Part shown: positions 39,580-55,600 of the stretch, piece after piece
Layout of the letters: the number at the start of each line of letters is the position of its first letter
How positions within the stretch are numbered: position 1 is the stretch's first letter
Assembly (NCBI GenBank): GCA_045837725.1
Contig: JBEWZL010000294.1
Coordinates: forward strand, 248,001 to 312,000
DNA length: 64,000 bases
From: Vermamoeba vermiformis
Lineage: Eukaryota
Direction: 5' to 3'
The notes under the pieces: model-generated
The model's database searches: none
What the model saw: the letters and a program-made list of their open reading frames with translations, nothing else
Told to the model about the DNA's origin: nothing
Made by a program: the position numbers and the translations under genes

Positions 39580-42500
39580 CAATGGCTAATTATTTTATTA
39601 GTATTAATAGGCTTGATATCGGTCATATTTATCGTTCGAGTTGCTGAAGGTAAGATCTGTCAAACGGTCTGAATTGCAATTTACATTTTTTTCGAGTTCC
39701 CAAAATTTTCAGTCTCTTTGCGATTTTAATTTCCTAATTGCATAATTATGATGCATCTTATGACGCGGTTAGCATTGACTTTCAGAAGCGAAAATTCATA
39801 ATTTTTAAGGCAAGACTGACGTTTGTCTTTCAGGTTGTTACCTGTCAACTAGCACGATTAATACGCGGCTAAAAGATGTCGCGTTGACAGTGGCGAACGA
39901 CGAAATATTTATTGCTGGCGGATCCAGTGTTAATTCAGTTTCTCCGGTTGTAAACATATTTACTCCCCGAGACAGCTCCTGGGAACAGATCCAGCTTCCC
40001 ACAGCAAGAAAATCAATAGTCGCGGCATCGTTAGGCTCGACGGTCTTATTTGCCGGAGGATTAGACCAACAAAACCAACAATACAATTCCGTGGACATTT
40101 TTGACTTCCGTGCGCGTCGATGGGTGACACTGGACTTTGACACGCGTCACGTGATCAAGGGCGCCGTTATTGCACAATCCCAAGCATTTTTGTATACCGA
40201 ACAAGACGAGCTTGTCATTGTGAACCCGACTTCGAACTCAACTTCGACATTATCACACGCCGGACGATTTATCGATGCAGTGAGCAACGCGACGCATATC
40301 TTTTTCTTGGTCTACCAGGGCAACATTCCAAATGTAGAAATTTTCAACATTGACGCCGGAACATGGACTTCAGTGCCATCATCAGCGCCATTCACCGAAA
40401 TTGACAGAATCTTCCACGTGTCAAATTTGATCGTGCTAGTTGGTCGGCAACAAGGTCACGCGATGTCGCCTCGAACGACTTTTCAGCGAACTTTCACGTT
40501 CTCAAACGACGCCAGTGATGCGGCTAAGGTCGTCAATGTTGGCACGGACTTGTTCTTTTTGACACGCGACTCTGTGACAGTTGCCACCATGCCTCAAGTG
40601 TCAACGGCGACCTACAACATCAACCGCACTGCCGTCGTCGAGAGCAATCTCGTAGTGCACAACAACATTGTTTATTTCACGGGCCTCGGAGACAGCTCCA
40701 ATAGTGCAACGGAACTTTTCCGCTTCGAGTTGAACCAGCTGTTCCAACGCGTTGATATTCGGACCTTTCTAACCACACCAACTGATGCCGAATGGGGCTT
40801 TTTGTTTTGGCTCCAGCCCGCCATCGGAACCATCGCGACACTGAACCTACGACTAAGACGTATTGACGTCTTCCATACGAACCTGAGAGATCACTCCGAG
40901 GCTATCGGAGTGCGAGTCAACTCGGACTACGTCATCGTGGCAAGTGATCCGCATCACCTCGGCGAAGGAGCTTCAAGTGAATACGACGTGTTCAACTTCA
41001 ACACGCAGAGGGTGACGACAAGAAGAATGCCCAACGCCTTTGCCGCGACCTCTGGAGTTTCTGCAGGCAACTATGCAGTGTTCACAACAGCCTCCAACTT
41101 TTTGCACGTGTACGAAGCCGGGGGCATTTGGTTCCGCCTATTCTCCGCACAACCTACGCAATTTGCAGCTTTAATCGAAGACAACATTATCATGGTGCAC
41201 GCGAGCATGATCGAGACGTACGACCTCCACACGCGAGAGATACGCAAGTACAACGTTACACGCCCTTCAGGTGACAAGAGCACGTCGAAGTACTTCGCTA
41301 CGCTGTTCCGCGTGTTCATTTGTGACAGAACGGCCACTGGCGGCACTGCGATCGCTACTTATCGTCATACACGCCGTGGCGTCGTTTATCACCAAATCGA
41401 CTATCCTATAGAAAGTATCGTGGAGGTGCGTGGATTTGTCATATTCAATGTGATTACGCCCTCGCACCCGCAAAAGATGTTCGTATATTACTTCGAAGAT
41501 GACAATGGCTCGCACGATATGCGTGAAATTCCACTGCCCGTCAACGAGGCCAGCCCATACGACAAACGGCCAGTGATGTACGCGAGCACGGGAGAGTTTC
41601 TATATTTGGTGCGACCATTCAGGGTCGATGTCTTGGACGTCACTGATTGGACTGTAACACGCGTGCCCTCGATGGTGATTGGCCAGCCCCTTCAAGTCCT
41701 ACTGCTCGGCAGCAAACTCGCCATACATCACAGCCTGAATGACGTACAGCATCTTTTGGTCTACGAGCGATCAACGCAAGAGACGCAATCGATCGAGTTC
41801 AGAGGCTTGGGAGGAACTCCTTTCGTGTTTGCCACTGAAGACAATTTCATCTACACGCTCAACTCCTGGCTATTTCAGGTGATGCCGTTCACTAGCATTA
41901 CCTTTGCTCTTCGAGACAGCACAGAGTTCCTTGGCCAGACCGCATTATTCGCAGCTCGAGCGATTTCGGCTGTGGGTGACCTTAGCACTACTTGGCGACA
42001 CAACTCGCAGCTAATTAACAACGCTGGCACGACACTCCGCCTCCAAAATGTCACGGAAGACATGGCTGGCGAGTACTCCGTTGAAGTGAGAGATCAGTGC
42101 GGTCATCGTGCTGTCAGTTCAGCTCGTCTTAATGTCAATGGCAAACCGGTCTTTACAGCCCCTTTGCAGTACTCTACAATTTTATGTCACGAACCTACAG
42201 CCATTGAAGTGAACGTCACAGGTGCGCGTGTGTCTTACACCTGGACAATCAACGGCATCGATCATGACGGGCCCGAGACCAGTGTCATCGTCCACGAAGA
42301 CAAGATTGAATGTAACTCCGAAAGCACACTCTGCGTGACGGCTACTAACCCCGCTGGCTCGTCTTCAAGCTGTGCTCAAGTTCGTGTCCTACCAATCGAG
42401 TCTGTCTTTAAAGGCCCCGCGCCAGTGACCGAACAACAGAACTGGTTCGCAGGCAGTGAAGCTACTTTACATGTCTCGGTGCTCGACGATCACTGCACGA

Positions 42501-42829
42501 GTCACGAGTGGTTCATGGAAGGCACTTCATTGGGTCGCTTTTATTCCGCAGAGAGTACGCTCAATGTCAATGTGACACGTGACATTGAGCAGTCGAAGAT
42601 CTTTGTGCGCACGTACTGTGGCAGTGGCGTTATTGCGTCACACGCGTTCAGTTTCAATCAAGTGTCAGTTCTTAGTGTCAAAGAGCTCGCTGTCATCATC
42701 GTGGCAGCATCGGTCGTATTCATTGCGGCCATCATCATCGTCATTGTTGTGGCCAAGAAAAAGAATAGCACTGCTTACAAAAAATTGGGCAAATACGAAC
42801 TTCAAACACTCAGCGCAGAACTACTTTAA
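39580..42829 (+). CDS. Type I membrane protein: Kelch/beta-propeller repeats + Ig-like domains + TM helix + short tail
   Basis: Hydrophobic leader exon (WLIILLVLIGLISVIFIVRVAE|); FIAGG and VLFAGG..VDIFD..W Kelch motifs; TWRHN..TLRLQNVTEDMAGEYSVEV Ig motif; TM LAVIIVAASVVFIAAIIIVIVVA; exact start unresolved. Confidence 0.8.
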
Positions 42830-42994
42830 ACAGATGTAAATGGTTTCAATGGTCCTTTGGTCATTTGGAACTACCTTCAATGTACATAGCACTTGTTAAT
42901 AATTAAATTTACCCTCTCATTCGTTAAATTAAAACAAAGCAGTTTTTTTAGTTTTTGAATTGATTTTATTTATGTACAAGATTAATAAGGATCC

Positions 42995-43926
42995 TTAAGC
43001 CAAGTCGAAAAACAAGAACTCAGCAGGTCCCTTGCCAGTGCTAACAATCTCAATGGGTCCTTCAGCTTCTTTAATGAACGCACCGTCGCCTTCTTTCAGC
43101 TCCTCACCATTGATCTGCAACGAGGAGTCTTTTCTCGTTTGAATGAGGTGAAGGTAGCCAGCGCGTTTCTTAGGCAAAGTGTAGGTGATGGTGTTGCCCT
43201 TCTCTAAAATTGAGGCAAAAACTTTCGCGTCTTGGTTGATCTTGATGGATTCGTTTTCGCTCTGAAGAATTGGTTAGATACAGTCCATCATACAATTATA
43301 TTATACTTACGTTAGGTGAGACGATCAAGCGCAGTTTGTTCTTCTTTTCTTCGTCGCTGAAATGCTTGGTCGCGTAACCAGGCTTCAAGTTAGATTCGCT
43401 CGGGGAGACCCAGATCTGGATGAAATGCACCCAGTCAGTGTCGGAGCCATTGAACTCGGAGTGAGTTAAGCCGCTGCCAGCACTAGTGAATTGAACATCG
43501 CCTCTGTTGATCAGTTCTCGGTGACCCAAGCTGTCTTCATGAGCCAAAGTACCAGAGACCACGTAAGAAAAGATTTCAAAATTTTTGTGAGGATGAGTGC
43601 CAAATCCTTTCTTGGCTTTAATGATAAGTGTTAGAATTGGATGGATCAGACCAAATACAAATATTCGAAAAATGTCAATATCAATAATTTCCGCGATCAT
43701 GCTATGAAATCAATAGCATTTAATTGGTGTATTATAAATAATTATTTTAAATCAAGAAAATATCTTGCGTACCTTTCACGCGATCTTCATTAATGACTCT
43801 CAAGCTTCTCCAGTTAGTGTAGTTGTGATCGTAGTAGTCAGCGAACGAGAAGGTATGATAAGTATCGAGCCAGCCGTGATTAGCGTGGCCTCGTTCTTCA
43901 GATTTGCGAACAACAATCTTAGCCAT
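42995..43926 (-). CDS. Pirin-family cupin (YhhW/quercetin 2,3-dioxygenase-like)
   Basis: [66 protein letters not shown]. Confidence 0.92.
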
Positions 43927-45153
43927 CTGTTCTGTTGATTCTTTAATAATTGGTGTGGTGTTGTACTCGAAATATAAGCTGTAAATAATCTGATTTACTG
44001 CGCAAGATCTTTTTAAGCTTTTGGATTGAAATCTTCTGTTTGTATCCGCCGAAGATTCCAGATGTAGAAGGTACTGTCCCAGCAAAATGACCAACTTAAA
44101 AGCAATCTAGAATATGCATGTGGCTCATAGCGCTTATTCCGACATCATTATTCTTGTTTGTCAGGCAATGTTCTTTCTCATACATCCCAAATAGATTCTA
44201 TTCTGTCGAATCTAGCCATTATCTATACATAAATTATCATTTAATATTATAGATGAAATATTAGCGCCGCAACTGTCGTCTTCGTTGGCATTGTAGTACG
44301 AAAAATGATTTTTTACATTTTCACTGAACTCCTTGAGTACCACCACGCCTGAGGGTACAAGAATGGCACCCGTGTAGACGCACTATAGACGCTTTATTGT
44401 TGCAATGACAGTGACGGTATCCCGTACGACTGCAAGGAAGAGCCGTTTTCATTGAAACGTTTGCAGATGGAGCTGAAAAAAGCGTTGACTGGTTAAACTT
44501 TAACTACAATTGGCTTCATAATATCAACCACAACTCAAAATTTTCAGCTTTGTAATGGACTTCGAAAGGTAATATTTTTATTCTTATTTCCGCTGGATCG
44601 TGGAGAAAAAAAATTTTTGTTATTGATATTATTGGCAATATTTAGTTTTAATATCGTAGAAATATTTACATATTTTTCTGCCCCAGCTACTATTTAAATT
44701 AATTTTTATCTTCTCTTCCGAACTCGATTTGAAGATTAATGATTAATTCTAATAGCGTCGTGTCGCTGAACTACACTCTTGATGCTAGCTCACCAATCAG
44801 CGCCTTGCCTCACGAAATTTCGCTTGGACCGCGTACTGGAAAGAAAACAGTTCAATTCGCTCCTTGCCGGAGAAACATTTTGCTCCATACACAACAGCTC
44901 GACTAGAGGAGAGACGTCAAAGACGCATAAGAAATAGAATGGACTATAAGTCGGATCAGGAAGACAGTAAGTTCAAGCTCCGAACAACGTGCACAGAATG
45001 AAGTTCTCATTCGACGAATAGATTACTAATTACACGATCAACCTTTTAATGGAGCTCATCTTGTTAATACAGTTGATTTAGCAAAATAATTATTTTAATC
45101 TCGGAGACCATGTTAATGTTTAATCTAAAGGCTTCCTTTCGGATCTCGATGAA

Positions 45154-45600
45154 ATGCTCTCTGACGACGAGGAAGAGATGCAACCCGTGGCCACTCCTGT
45201 AGGCGATGCTCATGAGGAAGTAGAGCCCACAAATAACAAGGATCCAGCCTACAACCACAATAATGCTATCGAAGCACTTAACACTGAGTTGCTTGTCAGG
45301 CTAGTGCAACTAAAGGAAGAAGAGCGTCGACGACGAGAAGAGCGCCACTACCAGAAAGAGCAGCGGCGTATACAAAAAGAGCAGCGTCGTCTGCAAGAAG
45401 AGGAGCGTTGTATACAAGAAGAGGAGCGTCGTCTACAAGAAGAGGAGCGTCTTCTACAAGAAGATCAATGTAGTCTGCTAGAAGACCAGGATTTTATAGA
45501 AGAGCAGCATCGCCAACCAGAGGCGCAGAGTCAGCAACGACTCTACGCGGCCATGGCACTGGTGGGCATCGCACTCGTGTTTGCCATGCTGGTGAAGTAG
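45154..45600 (+). CDS. Coiled-coil protein with C-terminal hydrophobic anchor (probably the last exon of a longer gene)
   Basis: 21-nt tandem repeats encoding (L/I)QEEERR; terminal LYAAMALVGIALVFAMLVK*. Confidence 0.5.
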   Translation: MLSDDEEEMQPVATPVGDAHEEVEPTNNKDPAYNHNNAIEALNTELLVRLVQLKEEERRRREERHYQKEQRRIQKEQRRLQEEERCIQEEERRLQEEERLLQEDQCSLLEDQDFIEEQHRQPEAQSQQRLYAAMALVGIALVFAMLVK

Positions 45601-45786
45601 TAGTTGCACAAGGTCTACCCGTTGATTGTAAATATTAATACGTCTGTATGTCCATATGGTTGAAACATCTTTGGTGTGTTCAAATCACTCATCGATATTA
45701 CGGAGCTGGAATTTGGAGATCTCTTTAAATCAAATTCGTTCGTGAAAACTTTGTCATTGTAATCTTGTTCATAAACGCAACAAGAC

Positions 45787-47838
<2,052 letters not shown>

Positions 47839-47938
47839 AGGGTATATCACTGGGCTTTGTGCTATATAAACACTTACATTCACAATTTTCGCGTAAACTT
47901 TACAAATATACTACAGTCAGTTCTTCAGCGTTTGACGT

Positions 47939-49973
47939 TTACAGGAGCGACCATAACGCCACTAGTACATGAAATGCGCGGCAAAGGTATTGGGCTGATT
48001 GCGCGCTAGAAGCAACGAAACTCGTTGGTGATCCTTCGGGTCTGGTACTAGTTGGTTCTGTTGATGATTGCGGCGAAGAGCCTGGTTCATCTGTCACTGG
48101 AGGAGTTATTGGAGGACTTGCTGCCGCTGCCTTTGTCGTAACCACTAGGTCAAACGATGAGTTTAGGTTCATGCTGCCGGTTTAAGGGTACGAGTGCAGG
48201 ATTGATTTGTTTAGCTTACCCGAAGCGCTAATCGTGGTGTTAGGATTAGCCTGATTGAGATCGTATTGGAAGTCATCTTGTTGATTGGCCACGAAGTTCC
48301 TGATGACATCTGCTGAGGACTTTTCGGTGTTGTCAGGGGCTGGTCTTGATCAGCTATTGCGACAGAACACAGAAATCTACTTACGCGTTGTCACGCTCAA
48401 TTCGACTTCGAGCTCAGTCTGGTCTACTTGAGCCACTAATCTCTTGTTCACTGAAGCCGACTGAGTGACGTTGACAAGAATGACACGGTTTGGATCTACG
48501 TTTGTGGCAAAAATGAATGCCAGACGAGCTTGTTCTGCAAATTGTGCGATATTGACGGTGCCAGTGACAGTAAAGCCAAACACAATGCTGAGCTCTAGCA
48601 ATCAAACGTGTGGTCAGTTTCAACATCGATGCAGCTAGTAAAGGTACGTACGAGTAGGACATGCAAGTGCTGGTTCATTCGCAAATTGCAGAGTGTCGTT
48701 TTGAAAATGCCAAGTGTAGAGATCACTCGTGACGTTCAACAGCACTTGTCCAGGGTTGAGAGGATAGCGACGTGTTCTGCCAGGCAGGAATACCACGACA
48801 GGAGCAGTGTTGATCGGTTCCAAGTTGTTTCGCAACGGATTATCGATGAGCAACACACTCGTCTCGTTGCTCATGTATCCGAACTGTGCGACGTTGTTCT
48901 CATCAATGCACTCGAGAATCGGAGAGATGTTGAAGGTCACATTTGAGGGTGCAGATGCTACAAAGATAAGTTAAGAATGTGCGATGAAACTATCATTGGT
49001 AACAACTTACGCAACAGTGTGCAGTTGCCAGGAGCTCCGTTGCCAATGTATTTGAGAGGACACGTGCAAGTGTAGCCGCCAGTTCTAAGTACAGAACATG
49101 ATGCGAGTGGGTCACAAGGAGGATAATCGATACATATATTGCCCGCTGTGAATTATAAAAGGTTAGTTTTTTTAAGTTTAAAATTGTTATTCATGTGCAA
49201 TTGCAGAGAAGATTTACTTGAAATCGAATATATCCATTAACTCGAATCGCTCGCTTACTTAAACACTGAATACCATTCCAAGTGGTATTTTTAGGGCAAC
49301 AAGTCGCATCCAGTCCGGTGTCAATACAATTTTCCGTGGTTGAGTTGCAAGGGCTGGGAGTGCACGGATTAACCTTGTAGCGCAGGTCGTCGAATACAAA
49401 TTGACATCCTGATAAGGTAATGCTCTTTACATTCGCAGTTGCGCTTCTGTAACGGAAGACATGATAATAATTTGTCGAGTTGGTTGGTGGTGCCACATTA
49501 AATTGCATGCAAGTTACTGTGCTGCCAGCTGAATTTTTTAGTGTAAATTGAGGCTCTCCGCCACCGCAGTTCTGATTGTGGCTGATCTTCAACGAAAATT
49601 GTCTGATCGGCGCCGCGAAAGTGATCAGGGCTGTATTTAGGTTCGATTGAAATGAGACATAAAAATCTTGCTTATTCCAAGAGGTGAATTCATCAGCGCC
49701 CAGAACAGTAATCCATTTGTTGATAATGAGGACGACTAGCTGACCATCATTTACTCCGAAGATCGTCACTTCCATTGATGATGCTGGCGTAATACGGAAC
49801 GACTCTAATGATGCACTCGCCCATACATGAGCAATTCCTAAATTATCAAAAGTGATGATATCTAGCGGTGCGCGGACTTCAATACCGGAATCAAATCCAG
49901 TAGTTGAGCACACTTGACTGAAAGCGGGCGAAATAAATAAAAATATACAAAGCAGAAGGAGGTTTGGTGCCAT
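47939..49973 (-). CDS. Secreted EGF-like-domain surface protein, paralog 1 (hydrophobic C-terminus, GPI-like)
   Basis: Signal peptide MAPNLLLLCIFLFISPAFS; Cys-rich EGF-like exons; PILECIDENNVAQFGY domain; Pro/Ser/Thr stalk. Confidence 0.75.
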
Positions 49974-50152
49974 CTCTATGAGAGAATTACGTAATAATTT
50001 TATTTCGTTGTGTTGTTGCTTGACGTGATGACAGCAGTCCAAAACACAGATCCTTTTCTGTCGTTGCTTCGTTCGGGCAAGATTGAACTTATAACCAACT
50101 TCCTCCATCCGATCTTATGTTAACAACTGACCGCTCAAGAAGAAAAAAAGAG

Positions 50153-52139
50153 TCATGTCCCCAGCCCAAAAACAAGCAACAAGCTTCCAAAGGTAACGTG
50201 TTCCAACATTGACGCCCTCGAAGCAACGAAGTCCCTCGGAGATGCAGCAGGACCACTCTCGGGTTCTTCTGCGATAGGTGCCTCAGTTGAAGGGGGACTC
50301 ATCGGAGGTGCTAATGGGGCTGCTTTCGTTGTCACAACTTACAAGCTGAGGTTAGTTTTGTCATACCAAGGTGTCGAACATAACGGCAGGACGTACCTGA
50401 AGTACTGATTGTGGCGTTTGGATTAGCTTGGTCAAGATCGTATTGCAAGTCATCTTGTTGATTGGCCACGAAGTTCCTGATCACATCTGCTGAGGACTTT
50501 TCGGTGTTGTCGGGGGCTGAAGAGTGGTTAGAATTAACGCCGTTAGAGATGAGATTTACGTACGTGGTGTCACGCTCAATTCGACCTCGAGCTCAGTCTG
50601 GTCTGATTGGGCCACTAATCTCTTGTTCACTGAAGCCGACTGAGTGACGTTGACAAGAATGACACGATTTGGATCGACATTAGTTGCAAAAATGAATGCC
50701 AGACGCACTTGTTGACCAAACTGCGCGAAGTCGACTGTGCCCGTAATAGCAAAGTGAAGTATTATGTTAATCTCTGAATCATCGGGTTAATTGCTGCGTA
50801 TTGGTTAGAGTGAAACATACGAATCGGGCACGCAAGCGCTGGTTCATTCGTGAAATTCAGTTGGTTACTTCCCAGCTGCCACATGTATTCTGCACTGCTG
50901 ACATTCAACAGCACTTGGCCAGGGTTGAGAGGATAGCGACGTGTTCTGCCAGGCAGGAATACCACGATAGGAGCAGTGTTGATCGGTTCCAAGTTGTTTC
51001 TCAACGGATCATCAATGAGCAACACACTCGTCTCGTTGCTCATGTATCCGAACTGTGCGACGTTGTTCTCATCAATGCACTCGAGAATGGGAACAATGTT
51101 GAAGGTCACATTTGATGGTACGGATGCTACAAAGATAAAATTACATTGTGCAACCAACAACAAAACTATTGGTAACAACTTACGCAACAGTGTGCAGTTG
51201 CCAGGTGCTCCGTTGCCAATGTATTTGAGAGGACACGTGCAAGTGTATCCTCCAGTTCTTAGAGGATCGCATGTTGCAAGCTGATCGCAAGGCGAGTCAT
51301 CGATACAAGGATTGCCGGCTAAAATCGCTATAAGTTAGCTCAGTTTTTAAAGTGCAATTGTTAAAAAGAATTAAATCAGTAAGCGAATCATATTCGCTTA
51401 TATTCATCAATTACGATGCCTTACTTATGCATTTAACGCCATTCCAGGTGGTATTCTTTGGACAACAGACTGCATCCAGTCCGGTGTCGAAGCACGTTTC
51501 GGTTAAATTGCAAGGGCTGGGAGTACAAGGCTCGGTCTTAAAGCTCAAGTTGTCCATTACAAACGCACACCCTGCTAAAACGATGCCATATACGACGGGA
51601 CATGAGTTTCTGTAACGGAGGATGAAGTATTGATTGGTTGATCCTTGCGCTGGTGCCGCATTTAAAGGACTGGCTCCAATATTTCCCCCAGTCTTGTTTA
51701 AGAAAGCGATATAAGGTGTCCATCCTAATGCAATACAACCGTTATCGTGAGCCAGCATCATCGAAAATTGTCTGATCGGCTGAGCGAAAGTTATGGTTCC
51801 AACGTTTCGCCAAGCATAGTAGCCCATGTAATTGTCTGCTTTGTTCCAATTCGTACTCCAATCGCTGCTGAGAGGTGTTACTCCGGGCATAACATTGACG
51901 TAGTTCGCTCCATCATTGACTCCGGTCAGCGTGACTTCCATTGATGTTGCAGGTGTGATGCGAAGAGCTGTGCCGTATTGACTGGTCCACGGTACAGAGC
52001 TTCCGAGATTATCGAAAGTGATCGTGTCGAGAGGTGCAGTTACTTCAGTCCCCCAGTCAAAAGCATATTGAAAATTGTTGCACGACTGGCAACTGGCCGC
52101 TGTGATGAATAGAAAAATTGATAATAATACTGCGATCAT
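50153..52139 (-). CDS. Secreted EGF-like-domain surface protein, paralog 2
   Basis: Same exon architecture; signal peptide MIAVLLSIFLFITAASC. Confidence 0.75.
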
Positions 52140-52634
52140 TGTGTAACGTTGATAAAATAATTTTAAATGCGGGAAGATTCTGTTCCAAATTTGTCAGTCG
52201 CGCGACAAACGATTCCATGGTATAATAATTAATCGTCCCTACGAATATATAAAGAGAAGATTATTAATGTTAAGATGTGTGTTAGTTTACTGCAGATTAA
52301 GCCTTTGTTCGATGAAGGTAAGAAAAAGCTTGGAGCAGAAGTTTATCCGGCAAAGTTTCTTCTTTGCCAGAGAATCAAGTGTACGATAATGGGTAACTAA
52401 TTTTTGTATTTCAGCAGCTTTAATCTCTTCAAGAAGACGTTGACTTGAGAAATTTCGGACCGTACATTCGGCAAGGTTAAATCGTTTGGAAAGTCATCCC
52501 TATGCGCTCCTTTGGACTAATGATGCCTCGAGGTTTTTTGGTGATTTTTTTGTAATTTTCTGCTTTTTTGTAGGTCTGGAATCTTCGGACGAGAGATCTT
52601 CGATCTGTCTTCTTTCGTGAAGCCATTTTAGGTG

Positions 52635-55600
52635 TTAGTTCTCAGTCATCTTATTGCCATCCACAACATTCGTGTTATTCTTCACTTCAAGAAGGCCGAC
52701 GCTGCTTGATCTCCTCAACGTAGCAGCAGAAGACGATCGCACGAGTTGAGGTTTGTTGTCGTTTGTCATCACCACTGTGGTGTCTTCATTCACATCGTTG
52801 TTGCGGAGATACAACGCATGCTCGATCGTGTTGCGAACGACAAAGCGAACAATGGTGATTTGTTTAGTTTGTCCTTGTCTGAATGCACGACCAATGGCTT
52901 GTGATTCGATTGCTTGTGCTTCTTTCTTTGAGCCTGTCACGGGATCTGGCACAACGCACGATTAGATTTTAGTCGATGGATCATAGTCACTGTTGCTTAC
53001 CCATGAGAATGACATGCGTTGCTTCAACCAGGTTCGTTCCCGAAGCAGCGTTCTTGAGCGACAGCATGATCACTTTGACATCTTCGTCTTTCTTGAAGTT
53101 GGTCAGCGCTTTCGTTCTCTTCCAAACGTTTCTGCGTAAAGGTTAACGAGAAGCTTAAATGCATTGGTGTTTAAGACTTACCCTTCAACGAACACGTTCG
53201 CGATGTTGTGGTCAGTCAGCACTTGTGAAACACCGCTCAACGTATCATCGTACTAAACTCGTTGTTAAGTTAGAGTATTGAATGGCGATAACTTACTTGA
53301 GAGAAAAATATGACGCGACTGTCTGGCTTGCGAATGAACAACTTCTTTAAATAGCTTATCATGTGCGCCATTTTGCTGCCATGCTGCAACGTAAGTTTTG
53401 CAGTTTCCGTGGAAGTCAGCTGCCAAAAGATTAGTCGATTGAATTGTTGAAAGTATTAAGAGTACTTGTACCTTTTTGTCTCTTTTTGCAAAGGGCGTGG
53501 CATTCCTTGCTAGTTCGAGTACTTTTTTTACTGTTTCCAGTTTTTGACGTTGTTGCGTGTAATACTGCTGTTTGTTTGGAGGTGCATTAGCACCCCTTGC
53601 AATTTCTTCGGTGTAATATTCAACCGAAATCTAATTGAAATAAATTAGATATCATTCAAGAAAATAAATTGATCGCAAACCTCTGCATCTTGGAGCAGCT
53701 CTTCCAGTCTCTCGTCTAGTGTTTGCTCGTGGAGAAGTGTGCCGCACATTTCAGCTTTGCCAACTAATTTAAACAATTAAAATCGTTACAGCAAATTACT
53801 GAAGCTTACCATCGTAATCATTATCGCTGTATAAAGCTCTCTCAATCTCATCGAATTCAACCATTGCCAAGTCTTCTACGTAATCTGGAATTTTGTATTC
53901 GCCTTGCACAGAGGCCTAGCAGACAGGCTTAGATATATATATGGTAGTGCTAGCTATATACCTTTGTGTGTCGCCAATACAACTCTCTCAGGATTAGGTC
54001 TGTTGTTATCGCACTGGCTGACAGTCAGTACAAGTACCGATTAAAATTACTGCGCTTACTCTTGCCAATACAAATTATGTGGCGCTGGTTGCACACCTAA
54101 GAATTGTTTCACAGGCTTCATGTGGCTGCCATTAATGGTGTTAAAATTTCATTCAATATCCAAATAATGACTTACTAGTCTGTCGGGAATGGCGTGCCAG
54201 TGACGTACCACGCAAAGCGTGTGAACAGTGATTTGAAGTGGCGAATGTATTGATCGTCGTTGATGTACTCGTGACCTTCGTCCAACACTAGTCGGTGCCA
54301 GTAGAACTGTTCGAGGACAGGTACTTTCTTTCGCAGCGACGCAAAGCTCTTTGATTTGTATTCCATCCACTTGAGGCGCTGATCACGATAGTTCAGATTC
54401 GACAACAATTGGTACGAGGCAATCACAACGTCGTAGTCGAGCAGATCTTCGTACGTGTACTTCTTGAGCTGCACAATCGTCGCTATAACTGCAACTTTCA
54501 AATCTGTGACCTTTGCAATTTCATCGCTCCACTGCTTCGCGAGATGATTTGGACACAGGACTAGGGTCAAGTATTAATATCACCAAGTAGGGGGCTATTG
54601 ATCGGGATTTACCTAACGTCGCTCGTGTCGCAAACAGCTTGTCGTGTTCGGGCAGTTTTTTCGGTGGGGGCACAGACAACATTAGTCCAATCACTGCCAC
54701 GCACGATTAGTCAATACAACCTTAGCATAATATTGCGCTTGAACGAACCTTCCATGGTCTTGCCAAGGCCCATCTCATCAGCTAAAATTGCTCCTCTTGG
54801 CACGACGATATCGAACACGTCGTCGAGGTCAGTGCTGGACTTGTTGTAAATTTTGAGTTCGGGCGTGATCATGAAACTAGTTCCGGGCCAAGTGTATGCT
54901 TTGAAGTACGGAATACCTAACAAGATATTTAGCCCTCGTCGTTTGATATGACAGCACTATGTACCTTCAGTATTCAGTTCGACAGACTTCATCCACGAGA
55001 TTGCATCGAGTTGATATTTGTACAGTTTGATCTCGTCCTTGAATCCCTCGGGCTGTTGCTGAGCTGTGAACGAACGCTTTAAATAAAGTAATCGTTAGTG
55101 GCTAGGTCAATAACAAATCAAGTGCAACTAACTCTTGGAATTGAAGTCTCATTCGTTGAGCTCACAGCGTTGATCGTTTTCGATAATTCAGATTCCAAAA
55201 TTTTGTGAATCGTGCTCAGTCCTGCAATTTTTTGGTTCGTTGCTGCTAAATGCTCGAGCCTGATAAAAATTAGTTTTTGTTACTCATTTTGCAATACAAG
55301 AGAATTACCTCGCAATGTTGATCTCCATATCAACGAGCCAATAAAATAAGTCTTCATCACTATTACGAACATAGACGTCATCGCGGAGTTCCCGAAGTTG
55401 TTGCAATTCTTCGAAGCTAATTCTGCGAATTTGATAAGACCATAGACTTGGATCAGCATTGATTTCACTCCAATCCGCGAGTTCCCCATTTTGGTCGACG
55501 TAACAAATGACTTCTCTGTGCTCGGTGAGCAGCGTCGTTATTTTGCAATGAGGCAAGATATCAACTATCGCCGGATTTCCTCCGGGACAACGCTTCATAA

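Noticed and set aside
39884-42829. Kelch protein as a RAG2-like partner of the transposase
   Set aside because: It has Ig domains, a leader and a TM helix, no PHD finger, and is separated from the element by two host genes
44250-45130. Possible upstream exons of the 45154 gene
   Set aside because: Could not assemble a consistent reading frame
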